The notes below the pieces were generated by a model. It searched no databases and was not told the DNA's origin. It worked only from the letters and a program-made list of their open reading frames with translations. From IMG/VR virus record IMGVR_UViG_3300046788_000307, positions 1 to 55,316 of that record: a DNA stretch of 55,316 nucleotides, one strand, 5' to 3'. How positions within the stretch are numbered: position 1 is the first letter of the stretch; the number at the start of each line of letters is the position of its first letter. The DNA is from a virus (taxonomy: Duplodnaviria; Caudoviricetes). Position numbers and translations under genes: made by a program. Positions 1 to 8,736 of this stretch are shown here, one piece after another.

Positions 1-133
1 AGCTGGCGTAGCTGGCGTCGCTGGCGTCGCTGGCGCGGTTGGCGTAGCTGGCGTCGCTGGCGTAGCTGGCGCGGCTGGCGTAGCTGGCGCGGCTGGCGTG
101 GCCGGCGTAGTTGGCTAGGGTAGCGACCATCAT
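1..133 (-). CDS. ASx-repeat peptide A1 (3' truncated by window edge)
   Basis: MMVATLANYAGHASRASYAS...; ATG overlaps the upstream TGA. Confidence 0.7.
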   Translation of the reverse strand, partial: MMVATLANYAGHASRASYASRASYASDASYANRASDASDASYAS

Positions 134-360
134 CCACCTCTTAGTCGGCTGGCGTAGTTGTAGTAGCTGGCGCGGCTGGCGTCGCCGGTGCGGCTGGCGC
201 GGCTGGCGTAGCTGGCGTAGCTGGCGTAGCTGACGAGGCTGCCGTAGTTGGCGCGGCTGGCGTGGCTGGCGTGGCTGGCGTAGTTGGCATCGCTGGCGCG
301 GCTGGCGTAGCTGGCGTAGCTGGCGGGGCTGGCGGGGCTGGCTAGGGTAGCGACCATCAT
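130..360 (-). CDS. ASx-repeat peptide A2, ends RLRGG
   Basis: [17 protein letters not shown]...YYNYASRLRGG*; ATGA coupling at both ends. Confidence 0.75.
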   Translation of the reverse strand: MMVATLASPASPASYASYASRASDANYASHASHASRANYGSLVSYASYASYASRASRTGDASRASYYNYASRLRGG

Positions 361-581
361 CGTCCGCTCCTTAGCCGGCTGGCGCGGCTGGCGTCGCTGG
401 CGTCGCTGGCGCGGCTGGCGTAGCCGGCGCGGCTGGCGTAGCTGGCGTAGCTGGCGTAGCTGGCGTCGCTGGCGCGGTTGGCGTAGCTGGCGTCGCTGGC
501 GTAGCTGGCGCGGCTGGCGTAGCCGGTGCGGCTGGCGTGGCTGGCGTGGCCGGCGTAGTTGGCTAGGGTAGCGACCATCAT
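357..581 (-). CDS. ASx-repeat peptide A3, ends RLRSGR
   Basis: 74-aa ORF with the conserved leader and tail. Confidence 0.75.
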   Translation of the reverse strand: MMVATLANYAGHASHASRTGYASRASYASDASYANRASDASYASYASYASRAGYASRASDASDASRASRLRSGR

Positions 582-754
582 CCACCTCTTAGTCGGCTGG
601 CGTAGTTGTAGTAGCTGGCGCGGCTGGCGTAGCCGGTGCGGCTGGCGCGGCTGGCGTAGCCGGTGCGGCTGGCGCGGCTGGCGTAGCCGGTGCGGCTGGC
701 GCGGCTGGCGTAGCTGGCGTAGCTGGCGTGGCTAGCTAGGGTAGCGACCGTCAT
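578..754 (-). CDS. ASx-repeat peptide A4, ends RLRGG
   Basis: Hand translation MTVATLASHASY...SRLRGG* (58 aa); ATG overlaps the stop of 751..1017. Confidence 0.75.
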   Translation of the reverse strand: MTVATLASHASYASYASRASRTGYASRASRTGYASRASRTGYASRASYYNYASRLRGG

Positions 755-1017
755 TTACTTATCCTCAGTGCACGTTTGCGTGCACGGTAAGCCGCTGCGT
801 TGCGTTTCCAAACTTCGCGGATGTGTGCACGATGTCGCATTTCGTATCGTCGTTTCGTTAGCCGATCCCTCTCGCGATTCGCTTGGCGCCAAGCGCGCCT
901 ATGCGCGGCAGACGCAGCCGCGCGCCAGTTTGCCCAGTTCAATAGACGGTACTCATATCGATCGCGTCCGTTTAAGTCATTAAACAGCGTTTCGATCTCG
1001 TGCAGATCTTCCCACAT
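751..1017 (-). CDS. Hypothetical basic protein
   Basis: 88 aa; start overlaps the dnaN stop, stop overlaps the A4 start. Confidence 0.65.
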   Translation of the reverse strand: MWEDLHEIETLFNDLNGRDRYEYRLLNWANWRAAASAAHRRAWRQANRERDRLTKRRYEMRHRAHIREVWKRNAAAYRARKRALRISK

Positions 1018-2114
1018 TAGATTTGCATCGGCATCACGACGCCGAGGTACTCGTCACCTTGCAGCGGACGAATCAGCCCCGGGTCGAGCTCACCGCCGAG
1101 GGCGAGCGTCACCTGGTCGCACGCCATCTGCGACAGCAACTCGACCACGTACTTGGGGTTGAACCCGATCGCGATCGGCTCGCCGCTGTAGTCCGCATCG
1201 AGCTCCTCGCGTACCTCGCCAAGACCCGGGTTGTCGCTCGTGATCGTGATGCCCTCTTTGCTCGCAGCGACCTTCACCCCTCGCGTCTCCGACGACATCA
1301 GCTGCGCGCGGCGCAGCGCATCGATGAAGCGCATCCGATCGACGGTGATGATCTTCTTGTGCTCCTTGGGAATTACCTGCTCGTACGGCGGGAACTGGGC
1401 GTCGATCAGCTTCACGGCGAGCGCGATGTCTTCCTGGACGAGAAACAAGTGCGGTGTCTTGATCGCGAGCTTGCACTGCGGTCCGGTCTCGAGAACTTTA
1501 TTGATCTCGAGCAGGCCCTTCTTCGGAATGATGACGCCGGCCGATAGCTTGGGGCCGCCGGCAATCGTGCGCTCGACCTTGCTCAGTCGGTGGCCATCCG
1601 TCGAAACCATGCGCGCCTTGCTGCCATCGCATTCGAAGAACACACCGTTCAAGTGGAACCGCGTCTCGTCGTTGCACACCGAGAACAGCGTGCGTTCGAT
1701 CATCTCGCGGAGCACGCTCGACTCCACCGTGGAGTAGTCCGCTTCGCGATGGTCGGGGACCTTGGGGAAGTCACGGTCGGGCATGCCGACGATGCGATAC
1801 GTGACCTTGCCGCTGCGGATCTCCGCCCAGTGATTGTCCGCCTTCTTGAGCGTGACGTCTTCGCCTGGCGCGTTCGCGATAAGCTCGTAGAGATTCTTCG
1901 CCGCGAGCGTGATGCCGCCCTCGTGCGAGCTCTGGCTCTTGAGCTCAGCGGTCAACGACACGTTGAGGTCGGTCGCGGCGACCAGGATTTGATTCTTGCC
2001 CTGCGTGCGGAGCAGGACGTTCGCGAGCATCGGCATCGTGCTCTTGCGATCAGTTATCGTCCGCAACCGACGAAGAACATGCATAAGAGCTTTCTTGGAT
2101 GTAGAGAATTCCAT
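1017..2114 (-). CDS. dnaN: DNA polymerase III beta sliding clamp
   Basis: 365 aa; ATDL, STDGHRL, FPPYEQVIP, GFNPKY and C-terminal VVMPMQI motifs. Confidence 0.97.
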   Translation of the reverse strand: MEFSTSKKALMHVLRRLRTITDRKSTMPMLANVLLRTQGKNQILVAATDLNVSLTAELKSQSSHEGGITLAAKNLYELIANAPGEDVTLKKADNHWAEIRSGKVTYRIVGMPDRDFPKVPDHREADYSTVESSVLREMIERTLFSVCNDETRFHLNGVFFECDGSKARMVSTDGHRLSKVERTIAGGPKLSAGVIIPKKGLLEINKVLETGPQCKLAIKTPHLFLVQEDIALAVKLIDAQFPPYEQVIPKEHKKIITVDRMRFIDALRRAQLMSSETRGVKVAASKEGITITSDNPGLGEVREELDADYSGEPIAIGFNPKYVVELLSQMACDQVTLALGGELDPGLIRPLQGDEYLGVVMPMQI

Positions 2115-2118
2115 ACTT

Positions 2119-3807
2119 TTATGCCCCTCTCACATACAGACCAGTTGCCTTATTGCAGACTGTCAGCATTGCGGTAGCAACCTCCTCGGCGTAGTCATCC
2201 CCGCGGGCCAGCAAATAATACGTGCCTGCTGGCGGGGGCTGCTCGAGTACGATTGCGCGGATTGCGCCCTTCCACGCACCGAATCCTAGCGGGCCGTCCT
2301 TTGGTGCACAGCGCAAATCCGGCAGTGCCGGTGGCGCACAAAACCGTGCCACCAATGTAGCAATGATGTTATCCACATAAGGGTGTAGTGACTCATATTC
2401 GCAATTCGGCATGCAATTGATAAACACACGAAGTTGCCCCGTAGGGATATCTTGTGTAACCATCGGCGTAGTTGGCGCATCCGCTGCCTTCGGTGGACGA
2501 CCGCGCTTCTTTGCCGCGGGTGCCTCTGCAATAGTTTCGACCGGGGCAGGCGTGGGCAATGCCGGATGTGACGGTGGGAATGAAAATCCTTCAACCGACT
2601 TAGCGGCAAATGCCGGGTTACTCGCGGGCGCATCGGGCGGTAGCACCTGTTGTACCTGCTGCACCGCCGGCACGAGCTCGCCCGCTAGCTGCAGCACATG
2701 GAACGGGTCATTGAGCATCACTCGAGTACGCCCAAATTCCCCGTTACCGGCAAATGTCCCACCGGGGGCAATCGACTGCCCGCCGATTGCCGCGAACATC
2801 TGCGCCGCTGCACCGCCAAGCGGTGGAAATCCGCGGCCGCTCATCTGGATACGAGCGCACGCGTCCGCAAATCCCGGCACCACTTGCTGCTGGGATGCCT
2901 GCATGCGCAACTTCAACTCTTCGGCGTTCAAGGCTGCCAGATTCTGGCCAAAATCGATACCCATTTTGATCTCCTGTTCGGCTGTTACACCGAAGATACT
3001 CGACAAACTATCGTGTTTGAATGTGGGACACTGATCGCGATACGGACACCCACCATAAGATCCGCATGCCGCTTTGTTTCCTTCGATACGCTCGGGGTTT
3101 GACTCCTTCGCGATGCTTTTTAAATGACGTGCAATGCCTTCTACATATTTCCAGTTATCGCTACAATCCTGTAGAACGTGTAGACTGGTCACCTTGCGCG
3201 GGCGCCCACGCATCGCGGGGAAATACCCGTACCCCAACCGCACGTGCGTAGCGCCAAAATGCTGTCCGATGCCCAATCCATATCCTGACAGCTGTGTGCT
3301 GAAAATAAGCTGGTCACGTGTTGCGTAGTATTCTGCTTTGCTGCCGTCGCGTTTCCACTTCCAGTCGATAATCTCAATGGTGCCGGGTGGGTCTTGTATG
3401 TCGGTGACGTCGTCGCCGCCCATGTTGATTCCGCGGCGATTTGCATGGTCGACCCATCCGACTATAGGCACACCATCAGCGGCGAGTAAAGAGGAAATAT
3501 TTTTTCCGTTAACCTGGTGTATGGGTTGTTCAACGATCAGATCCTGCCCGGTTGGCACCATGTGCAAGCCGCTCATGGCCAAAGCGCTCAGGTTGCGGTC
3601 GCCTGTCTTTTGGTAGCGTGCGAGCTCGTCATGCAGCTTGCGGCCGGCATCTTTACTGTCCGTATCCGCTTCCTTGATGCGGCGCACGTAGCGGTACCAC
3701 CATTTCAAGGCGCAGCCACCTGCACGCGGATCCCCGCGGTCTAGTGCCGTCGGCGAGAAGAAACGAATTTCGCCGTTCTCGACGGCTGCGCCTAGGAAAT
3801 CAGACAT
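2119..3807 (-). CDS. PD-(D/E)XK (Cas4/RecB-like) exonuclease with long C-terminal extension
   Basis: C-x3-WW, G-x2-LH, IIDWK, QLxxY and CGSYGGCPYRDQC cluster. Confidence 0.8.
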   Translation of the reverse strand: MSDFLGAAVENGEIRFFSPTALDRGDPRAGGCALKWWYRYVRRIKEADTDSKDAGRKLHDELARYQKTGDRNLSALAMSGLHMVPTGQDLIVEQPIHQVNGKNISSLLAADGVPIVGWVDHANRRGINMGGDDVTDIQDPPGTIEIIDWKWKRDGSKAEYYATRDQLIFSTQLSGYGLGIGQHFGATHVRLGYGYFPAMRGRPRKVTSLHVLQDCSDNWKYVEGIARHLKSIAKESNPERIEGNKAACGSYGGCPYRDQCPTFKHDSLSSIFGVTAEQEIKMGIDFGQNLAALNAEELKLRMQASQQQVVPGFADACARIQMSGRGFPPLGGAAAQMFAAIGGQSIAPGGTFAGNGEFGRTRVMLNDPFHVLQLAGELVPAVQQVQQVLPPDAPASNPAFAAKSVEGFSFPPSHPALPTPAPVETIAEAPAAKKRGRPPKAADAPTTPMVTQDIPTGQLRVFINCMPNCEYESLHPYVDNIIATLVARFCAPPALPDLRCAPKDGPLGFGAWKGAIRAIVLEQPPPAGTYYLLARGDDYAEEVATAMLTVCNKATGLYVRGA

Positions 3808-3949
3808 GTTTCTTTATCCAATTTGCGCGGGCTATTGCGCAGCCCTTGCAGAATTGCGATTCCTTTTCTGCTTTCTTTGTCGTGCAGACCCGGCACAATC
3901 CGCGAAGCACCGCAACCTGCTTAGATACGCTAGACGGGCGCTTGGTCAA
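3800..3949 (-). CDS. Small CxxC-CxxC zinc-finger protein
   Basis: Hand translation (TTG start) ...LCRVCTTK...FCKGCAIAR...; overlaps both neighbours. Confidence 0.5.
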   Translation of the reverse strand: MTKRPSSVSKQVAVLRGLCRVCTTKKAEKESQFCKGCAIARANWIKKHV

Positions 3950-4155
3950 TTATTCATGTCAGCTTGGAGGCCCTGGCGATCGAATCCGTATCGCCGAAGC
4001 TTGCCTGTCTCGCAGCAACGAAACCAGTGCGCCATGCCTGTCACAAAGCCTTGCTCATTCTGTAGCAAGATCAACGAGCTGTGCGAATACGTGTGCAGGG
4101 TTGCGCGGCGCTCGTGCAATCCAGCAGATGGGAGATAGACATCAGGTTTGGTCAT
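3946..4155 (-). CDS. Hypothetical protein
   Basis: 69-aa ORF tightly packed in the operon. Confidence 0.55.
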   Translation of the reverse strand: MTKPDVYLPSAGLHERRATLHTYSHSSLILLQNEQGFVTGMAHWFRCCETGKLRRYGFDRQGLQADMNN

Positions 4156-4157
4156 AT

Positions 4158-4892
4158 TTAGGGCATCACATCAGGTGGCAGCGAGTGGCCGTACGCAATT
4201 CCCGTAGATTTTCCAGCCTGCGTTTGTGCGCCTGTAATCAATCCAACGAGTGCGCCAGTAGAATCGTACATCGGGCCCCCACTGTTACCGCTCACCACAA
4301 CCATAGTCAAGTTTAAATTGCGGCACCATTTGCGCCCGTCGGCAAGACACTCATTTTCGACTACTTGCTCGATTTTACCACACTGGCCGGCTTTTGTAGG
4401 CCAACTCACAGCGGCGCAAACCGCTCCTTCAGTCGGCTTGCGCAACACCGGCGGTGCAATCGGACCGAACGAACCCGCGCTCGCAATCACGAGACGCGCG
4501 ACATCGAAATCCGGCCACTCTTTTTCGACGTGCATGCGAATTCGCTTGCCATCTGCGAGCACCACATGTACATCAGCCATGTACGGGCACATCACAACGT
4601 GCAAGGCGGTAAGTACATGGCGTGCGTCGATAACAACACCCGATCCCTTGCCACCTTGGATCTCGGGCATAGTCATATCTTCAAATGGATCGTGGTTGAT
4701 GCAGAGCGCCTCGACAGCTACCGCGGTAGTAAACTGATGTCCCATCAATCGCGGTTGCGGATCGAGCCGCGTGTAGTGGGCACATCCGCCACCACATGCT
4801 AGCGTGACCGCTGCGACTAGCAGCACGCATAGCCCTGCCAATAAACCAAATGCTGCCGGTTCGCTTTCGTGCATCTTAGGGTGCTTTCGCAT
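4158..4892 (-). CDS. Trypsin-like serine protease with signal/lipoprotein-like N-terminus
   Basis: LTALH, DVARL and GNSGG catalytic-triad motifs; hydrophobic N-terminal stretch ending LACGGGC. Confidence 0.88.
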   Translation of the reverse strand: MRKHPKMHESEPAAFGLLAGLCVLLVAAVTLACGGGCAHYTRLDPQPRLMGHQFTTAVAVEALCINHDPFEDMTMPEIQGGKGSGVVIDARHVLTALHVVMCPYMADVHVVLADGKRIRMHVEKEWPDFDVARLVIASAGSFGPIAPPVLRKPTEGAVCAAVSWPTKAGQCGKIEQVVENECLADGRKWCRNLNLTMVVVSGNSGGPMYDSTGALVGLITGAQTQAGKSTGIAYGHSLPPDVMP

Positions 4893-4980
4893 GTTGTTAC
4901 CCTTTAGCTTGAGGCATAGGATGCATTCTGTCGAATCGATACCGTGCCAACGATGTTAGGACGTATACCATGGGTTCATC

Positions 4981-5726
4981 TTGAGCGATCCGCCGTTTCT
5001 GAAACCTTTCTGGCGTTACTACGGCGCCAAATGGCGCGCCGCGCCGCACTATCCGGTACCCAAGCACGAGATGATCATCGAGCCGTTCGCGGGCGCGGCC
5101 GGGTACTCACTACGTCACTACCGACATCGCGTCGTGCTCGTCGAAAAGTACGATGTTCTCGTCGAGATCTGGCGCTATCTCATCCGTGTACCGGCCGCCG
5201 AGATCTTGGCGATCCCGACGGCCGACCACGTCGACGAGCTACCTGCGTGGGTGCCGCAGCCGGCGCGGTGGCTCGTCGGCTTTGCAATGAACGCAGCAGT
5301 GACGGCGCCCTGCCGACAGCTGTCCGCGGGGCGCCGCAATCTACGTGACGCCGGCCGTAACTTCGAGGGGTGGTCGCCCATGATGCGCGAGCGCGTCGCC
5401 TCGCAAGTCGACCTGATTAGGCACTGGATCGTGATTCAAGGTGAATACCACTGCACGAATACGAACATCCCCGTGACGTGGTTTATCGACCCTCCGTATC
5501 AGACCGCAGGCAAGTACTACAAACACTCCTCTCTCTCGACTTTGAAACGCTTGGCACGTGGTGCCGGAATCGTCGCGGTCAGGTCATCGTCTGCGAAAAC
5601 GACGGCGCCACGTGGCTGCCGTTCGAGCACTTTCGCGACATCAAGGCGAGCAACATGACATCAAGCTCGATGCGTACATGTGAGGGCAAGTCCGCCGAAG
5701 CGATTTGGTATAAGGAGACTGCATAA
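4981..5726 (+). pseudogene. DNA adenine methylase (D12/Dam-like), frameshifted at a CT tract
   Basis: YYGAKW, EPFAGAAGYS and FIDPPY in one frame; family-like tail (WCRNRRGQVIVCE..ATWLPF) in another frame after 5529-5537. Confidence 0.8.
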
Positions 5727-5962
5727 TGCGCTTTCGTATTCCTATGCCTTGCTCGTGCAAAGCAACGGATTTAGCAGCCGGCTTTGCTGGCTTTTTGATG
5801 GGCATAATGATAGGACAAATAGCGCGCTGTCAACCATTACATCGACAAGCCTGCAGCAATACACAACATGAACAAACAACGTGTCGCAGTATTCATGAAG
5901 ATGGTTTACCCGGATTAGGTCCTAATGATTATACACTATGCGACACGCACTGTGTGCCATAG
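5726..5962 (+). CDS. Hypothetical small membrane/secreted protein
   Basis: TAATG coupling; hydrophobic segment; Cys-rich. Confidence 0.5.
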   Translation: MRFRIPMPCSCKATDLAAGFAGFLMGIMIGQIARCQPLHRQACSNTQHEQTTCRSIHEDGLPGLGPNDYTLCDTHCVP

Positions 5963-8046
5963 TGCATCTCACCTTCGTACGAAGTGAGCTAGATAACAGC
6001 ACCTCCGATCATGCCGAGCATGAATGGGCTGATGTCGCGCGCTTTCTTACGACGCACCGTACACTAGCCACCAAAGGTGACCTAGGGGTTATCTTCGCGC
6101 GGTTTGTCAACGGCGAGTGTCGCCGTCGTCGACGGTTTGGCAGCTGCACGCCAGCATGCCCCGGAACGAACCATCGCATCGATGAAAATGTCGAAGTAGT
6201 TACCGCCCTCGGATTAGATTTCGATGAAGATGCATCCCCTGAACGCCTCGTTGCCCTAGGGCAAGAGCTCGATCAACGCGGGCTGCGCTATCTGTACTAC
6301 TCGACATGGTCAAGCACGCCAGAGATCCCCAGGATACGTGTGGTCATCGCACTAGATGCGGATGTGCCGGCTGCGCAGTTTCACGGATTCTGGGACGCGG
6401 TTGTATCTGACTTAGGCATCCGCGATGTCGTGGATAGTAAATGTCGCAACCCAGGACGACTATTCTACACACCGCAATGCCCGCCCGGTAGCATCCCGCA
6501 AGCTAAAGCTTTCGACGGTACCCCGCTAGCAACCGCACAATACATCACATACGCTACATCCGCCGCACCGTCGGATCCGCCGCAAACGCGGCATACCGAT
6601 TACCCGCCGGCATCGCAAGCACTCATACATCATGCCCTAACGCGCTTAAAAGCTCATGGACAGGCTGTAACGGGATCCGGCGGTAATGCGCACACTCGAG
6701 CGGCGTGGGGCATCCTGACCAATGACCTGGCGCTATCCGATACTGAGGCACGCACGGTGTTCCGACTATGGGATATCCATAACCAACCGCCGTGGGGTGA
6801 GACCGCATGGGCGGGACCATGCCGCACCGAGCAAGCATGGGATAGTCCGCGCGGCGCGATGCGGGATCGCTTCGAATCTAGCGGCGTAGATATCTTCGGC
6901 GATGCGTTGCCACAGCCGTCTTATCCCAGTGTGTTGGTCGGTGAGCACGAACATATCGCGGCTGTACCAGTGCGCCGGTATGGGACAGGGTTTCCCGATC
7001 TCGACCTGAAGCTCGGTGGGGGCATTACTACGCGGCAACTCGCGGTGATACTAGCCCCGCCCGGCGATGGTAAAAGTGCGCTAGCTGTCAATCTATCGAT
7101 ATTTATTCAGAAAACCATTCCGGTGCTGTACGCATCCACGGAGCTCGAGACGGATGAACTCGAGGCACGCATCGCGGCACAGATCCTCGGATGCCCCTGG
7201 CGTGATATTGTGGATGGCCGTATCGAACGGCCAGTGCTACGTGGCTTACGTATTTTTATCATCGGGTGTGAACGCTTACCGATGGGCGATGCGGCATTGC
7301 AGGCCATCGATTTCGAGATCGTGCGGATTACGGCCTTGTATGGCGTGCCACCGATGTGTGTGATCGATTACCTACAAGACTTAGCGCGTGGTACGGACGA
7401 GCGCTCAGTACGCGGCAAGATAGGCGGATTGGCCATGGTCACTCGAGCCATGTCACAGCGCTTAGATTGCCCTATGCTGGTGATTTCATCAGTTAGCCGA
7501 ACGTATTACGGCATGAAGCGGGCTGCTGAGCTCCGTCAAGCCGAGGATGCGACCGTCTACCTTGCTGCAGCCAAAGAGTCGGGCGATGTCGACTATGCGG
7601 CTGCGGCGGTGTTGTTTTTGGATGTGGTCGGCGCGGAGGCAGGAGCGGGCTTCCGGTGCGCCAGGGTAGCGGTAGCGAAGTCTCGCCATGGTGAGACAGG
7701 GTTTGTGGGTGCACGCTTTGTAGGGGCAACTGGGCGATGGCAGGCGGCACCGGATGAGGTGCTGATGGCCGCTGGGAAGCGCGAGATTGCCCGTAGGAGC
7801 GTCGGACACGATGCCGATGACATGCGGGTGCTGGCTGCTATCACGCAAGCAGCACGCGAGGGCGTATACCGCAAGGCCGATGCCTGGCGCGTCCTGATTG
7901 CCGAAGTATCCCAGAATGGGGTACGTGAGGCGATCGCCCGCTTGATTGCGGCGGGGCGTTTAGGGCTAGATGAGATGCATCCCACCCTGCACCGCAAGCA
8001 GGGCAAGGGTGAGTTTGTTATTCCGATCGCATTTATCTCGGAATAA
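5938..8046 (+). CDS. Primase-polymerase (AEP-like) fused to DnaB/RecA-like helicase
   Basis: LDFD, YSTWS and RIRVVI in the N-terminus; APPGDGKS Walker A, IDYLQ, KESGDVDY and VAKSRHG in the C-terminus. Confidence 0.88.
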   Translation: MRHALCAIVHLTFVRSELDNSTSDHAEHEWADVARFLTTHRTLATKGDLGVIFARFVNGECRRRRRFGSCTPACPGTNHRIDENVEVVTALGLDFDEDASPERLVALGQELDQRGLRYLYYSTWSSTPEIPRIRVVIALDADVPAAQFHGFWDAVVSDLGIRDVVDSKCRNPGRLFYTPQCPPGSIPQAKAFDGTPLATAQYITYATSAAPSDPPQTRHTDYPPASQALIHHALTRLKAHGQAVTGSGGNAHTRAAWGILTNDLALSDTEARTVFRLWDIHNQPPWGETAWAGPCRTEQAWDSPRGAMRDRFESSGVDIFGDALPQPSYPSVLVGEHEHIAAVPVRRYGTGFPDLDLKLGGGITTRQLAVILAPPGDGKSALAVNLSIFIQKTIPVLYASTELETDELEARIAAQILGCPWRDIVDGRIERPVLRGLRIFIIGCERLPMGDAALQAIDFEIVRITALYGVPPMCVIDYLQDLARGTDERSVRGKIGGLAMVTRAMSQRLDCPMLVISSVSRTYYGMKRAAELRQAEDATVYLAAAKESGDVDYAAAAVLFLDVVGAEAGAGFRCARVAVAKSRHGETGFVGARFVGATGRWQAAPDEVLMAAGKREIARRSVGHDADDMRVLAAITQAAREGVYRKADAWRVLIAEVSQNGVREAIARLIAAGRLGLDEMHPTLHRKQGKGEFVIPIAFISE

Positions 8047-8084
8047 TCGTTTTCTGATTTAAATTTTTAATTGCGCGGTGCGTT

Positions 8085-8450
8085 ACCAAATCACCGATTC
8101 AATCGGTGAAAAGGCCCGCTGGAATCGGTGGACCCCCTAACGGGGGTCCTACCACCGATTCGCTCCAGCCAAATCGGTGACTGGTTCACCGATTAGATCA
8201 CCGATTCCACCGATTCACCGATTGTATTTATTTTTAATTACTGAAAAGAAATCTAGCTTACAATAGTGCGTGGTATTTAGCCCCAAAATAGGATTGTGTG
8301 AAAAGAAATCTAGCTTACAATATCGCCTAGTAGTAGTGCGGTAGCTGTGCTGCAGACGCGATTTTTAGCGGGGCATAATAGCGCGGTCGAAAACCTAAGT
8401 AATGTAGTTTACAGATAAAGGGATGAGTGACCATATGTGACCATATATGC
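8085..8450. repeat. Putative replication origin: CACCGATT iterons, hairpin, AT-rich direct repeats
   Basis: About 9 CACCGATT/AATCGGTG copies (8092-8223); GGACCCCC-TAAC-GGGGGTCC hairpin; 24-bp repeat at 8242 and 8299; GTGACCATAT x2 at 8427; directly downstream of the primase-helicase. Confidence 0.65.
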
Positions 8451-8484
8451 CAAGTAGTTGAAAATACACAGCAGTATTTATGTG

Positions 8485-8514
8485 TTGACAGATCTGTGTA
8501 ATCGGTGGGATAAG
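8485..8514 (+). promoter_or_regulatory. Sigma70-like promoter TTGACA-N15-TG-N-GATAAG
   Basis: Perfect -35 with extended -10-like element; same architecture at 18954-18983 and 47554-47583. Confidence 0.6.
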
Positions 8515-8523
8515 AGGCGGACG

Positions 8524-8736
8524 ATGATGGTCGCTACCCTAGCCACCTCCGCCACCTACGCCAGCTGCGCCAGCTGCGCCAGCTGCGCCAGCTACGCCAG
8601 CTACGCTAGCCACGCCAGCCACGCCAGCCACGCCAGCGACGTCAACTACGCCAGCCGCGCCAGCTACGCCAGCTACGCCAACTACGCCAACTACGCCAGC
8701 TACGCCAGCCACGCCAGCCGACTAGGAGGCAAATGA
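8524..8736 (+). CDS. Isolated ASx-repeat peptide, ends RLGGK
   Basis: MMVATLATSATYASCASC...ASRLGGK*; GAGG SD. Confidence 0.75.
   Translation: MMVATLATSATYASCASCASCASYASYASHASHASHASDVNYASRASYASYANYANYASYASHASRLGGK

Larger units (their letters stand above)
1..754 (-). repeat. Array A of ASx-repeat peptide genes (4 units, 9-bp period)
   Basis: Tandem GCCAGCNNC units (minus strand) punctuated by a conserved GATGATGGTCGCTACCCTAGCC junction at ~130, ~358, ~579 and a variant at ~752. Confidence 0.95.

Noticed and set aside
130-585. ORFs in the QLR, PAT and AGV frames of the repeats
   Set aside because: Shadow frames of the 9-bp repeat. Only the ASx frame consistently has an SD, coupled starts and stops, and synonymous conservation.
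1-754. Chi-site array (GCTGGCGN resembles E. coli GCTGGTGG)
   Set aside because: Not an exact match, the host Chi is unknown, and codon-position evidence favours a peptide function. Not fully excluded.
1023-2289. Long plus-strand ORFs opposite dnaN and similar antisense ORFs elsewhere
   Set aside because: Antisense shadows caused by high GC3; no motifs or SD.
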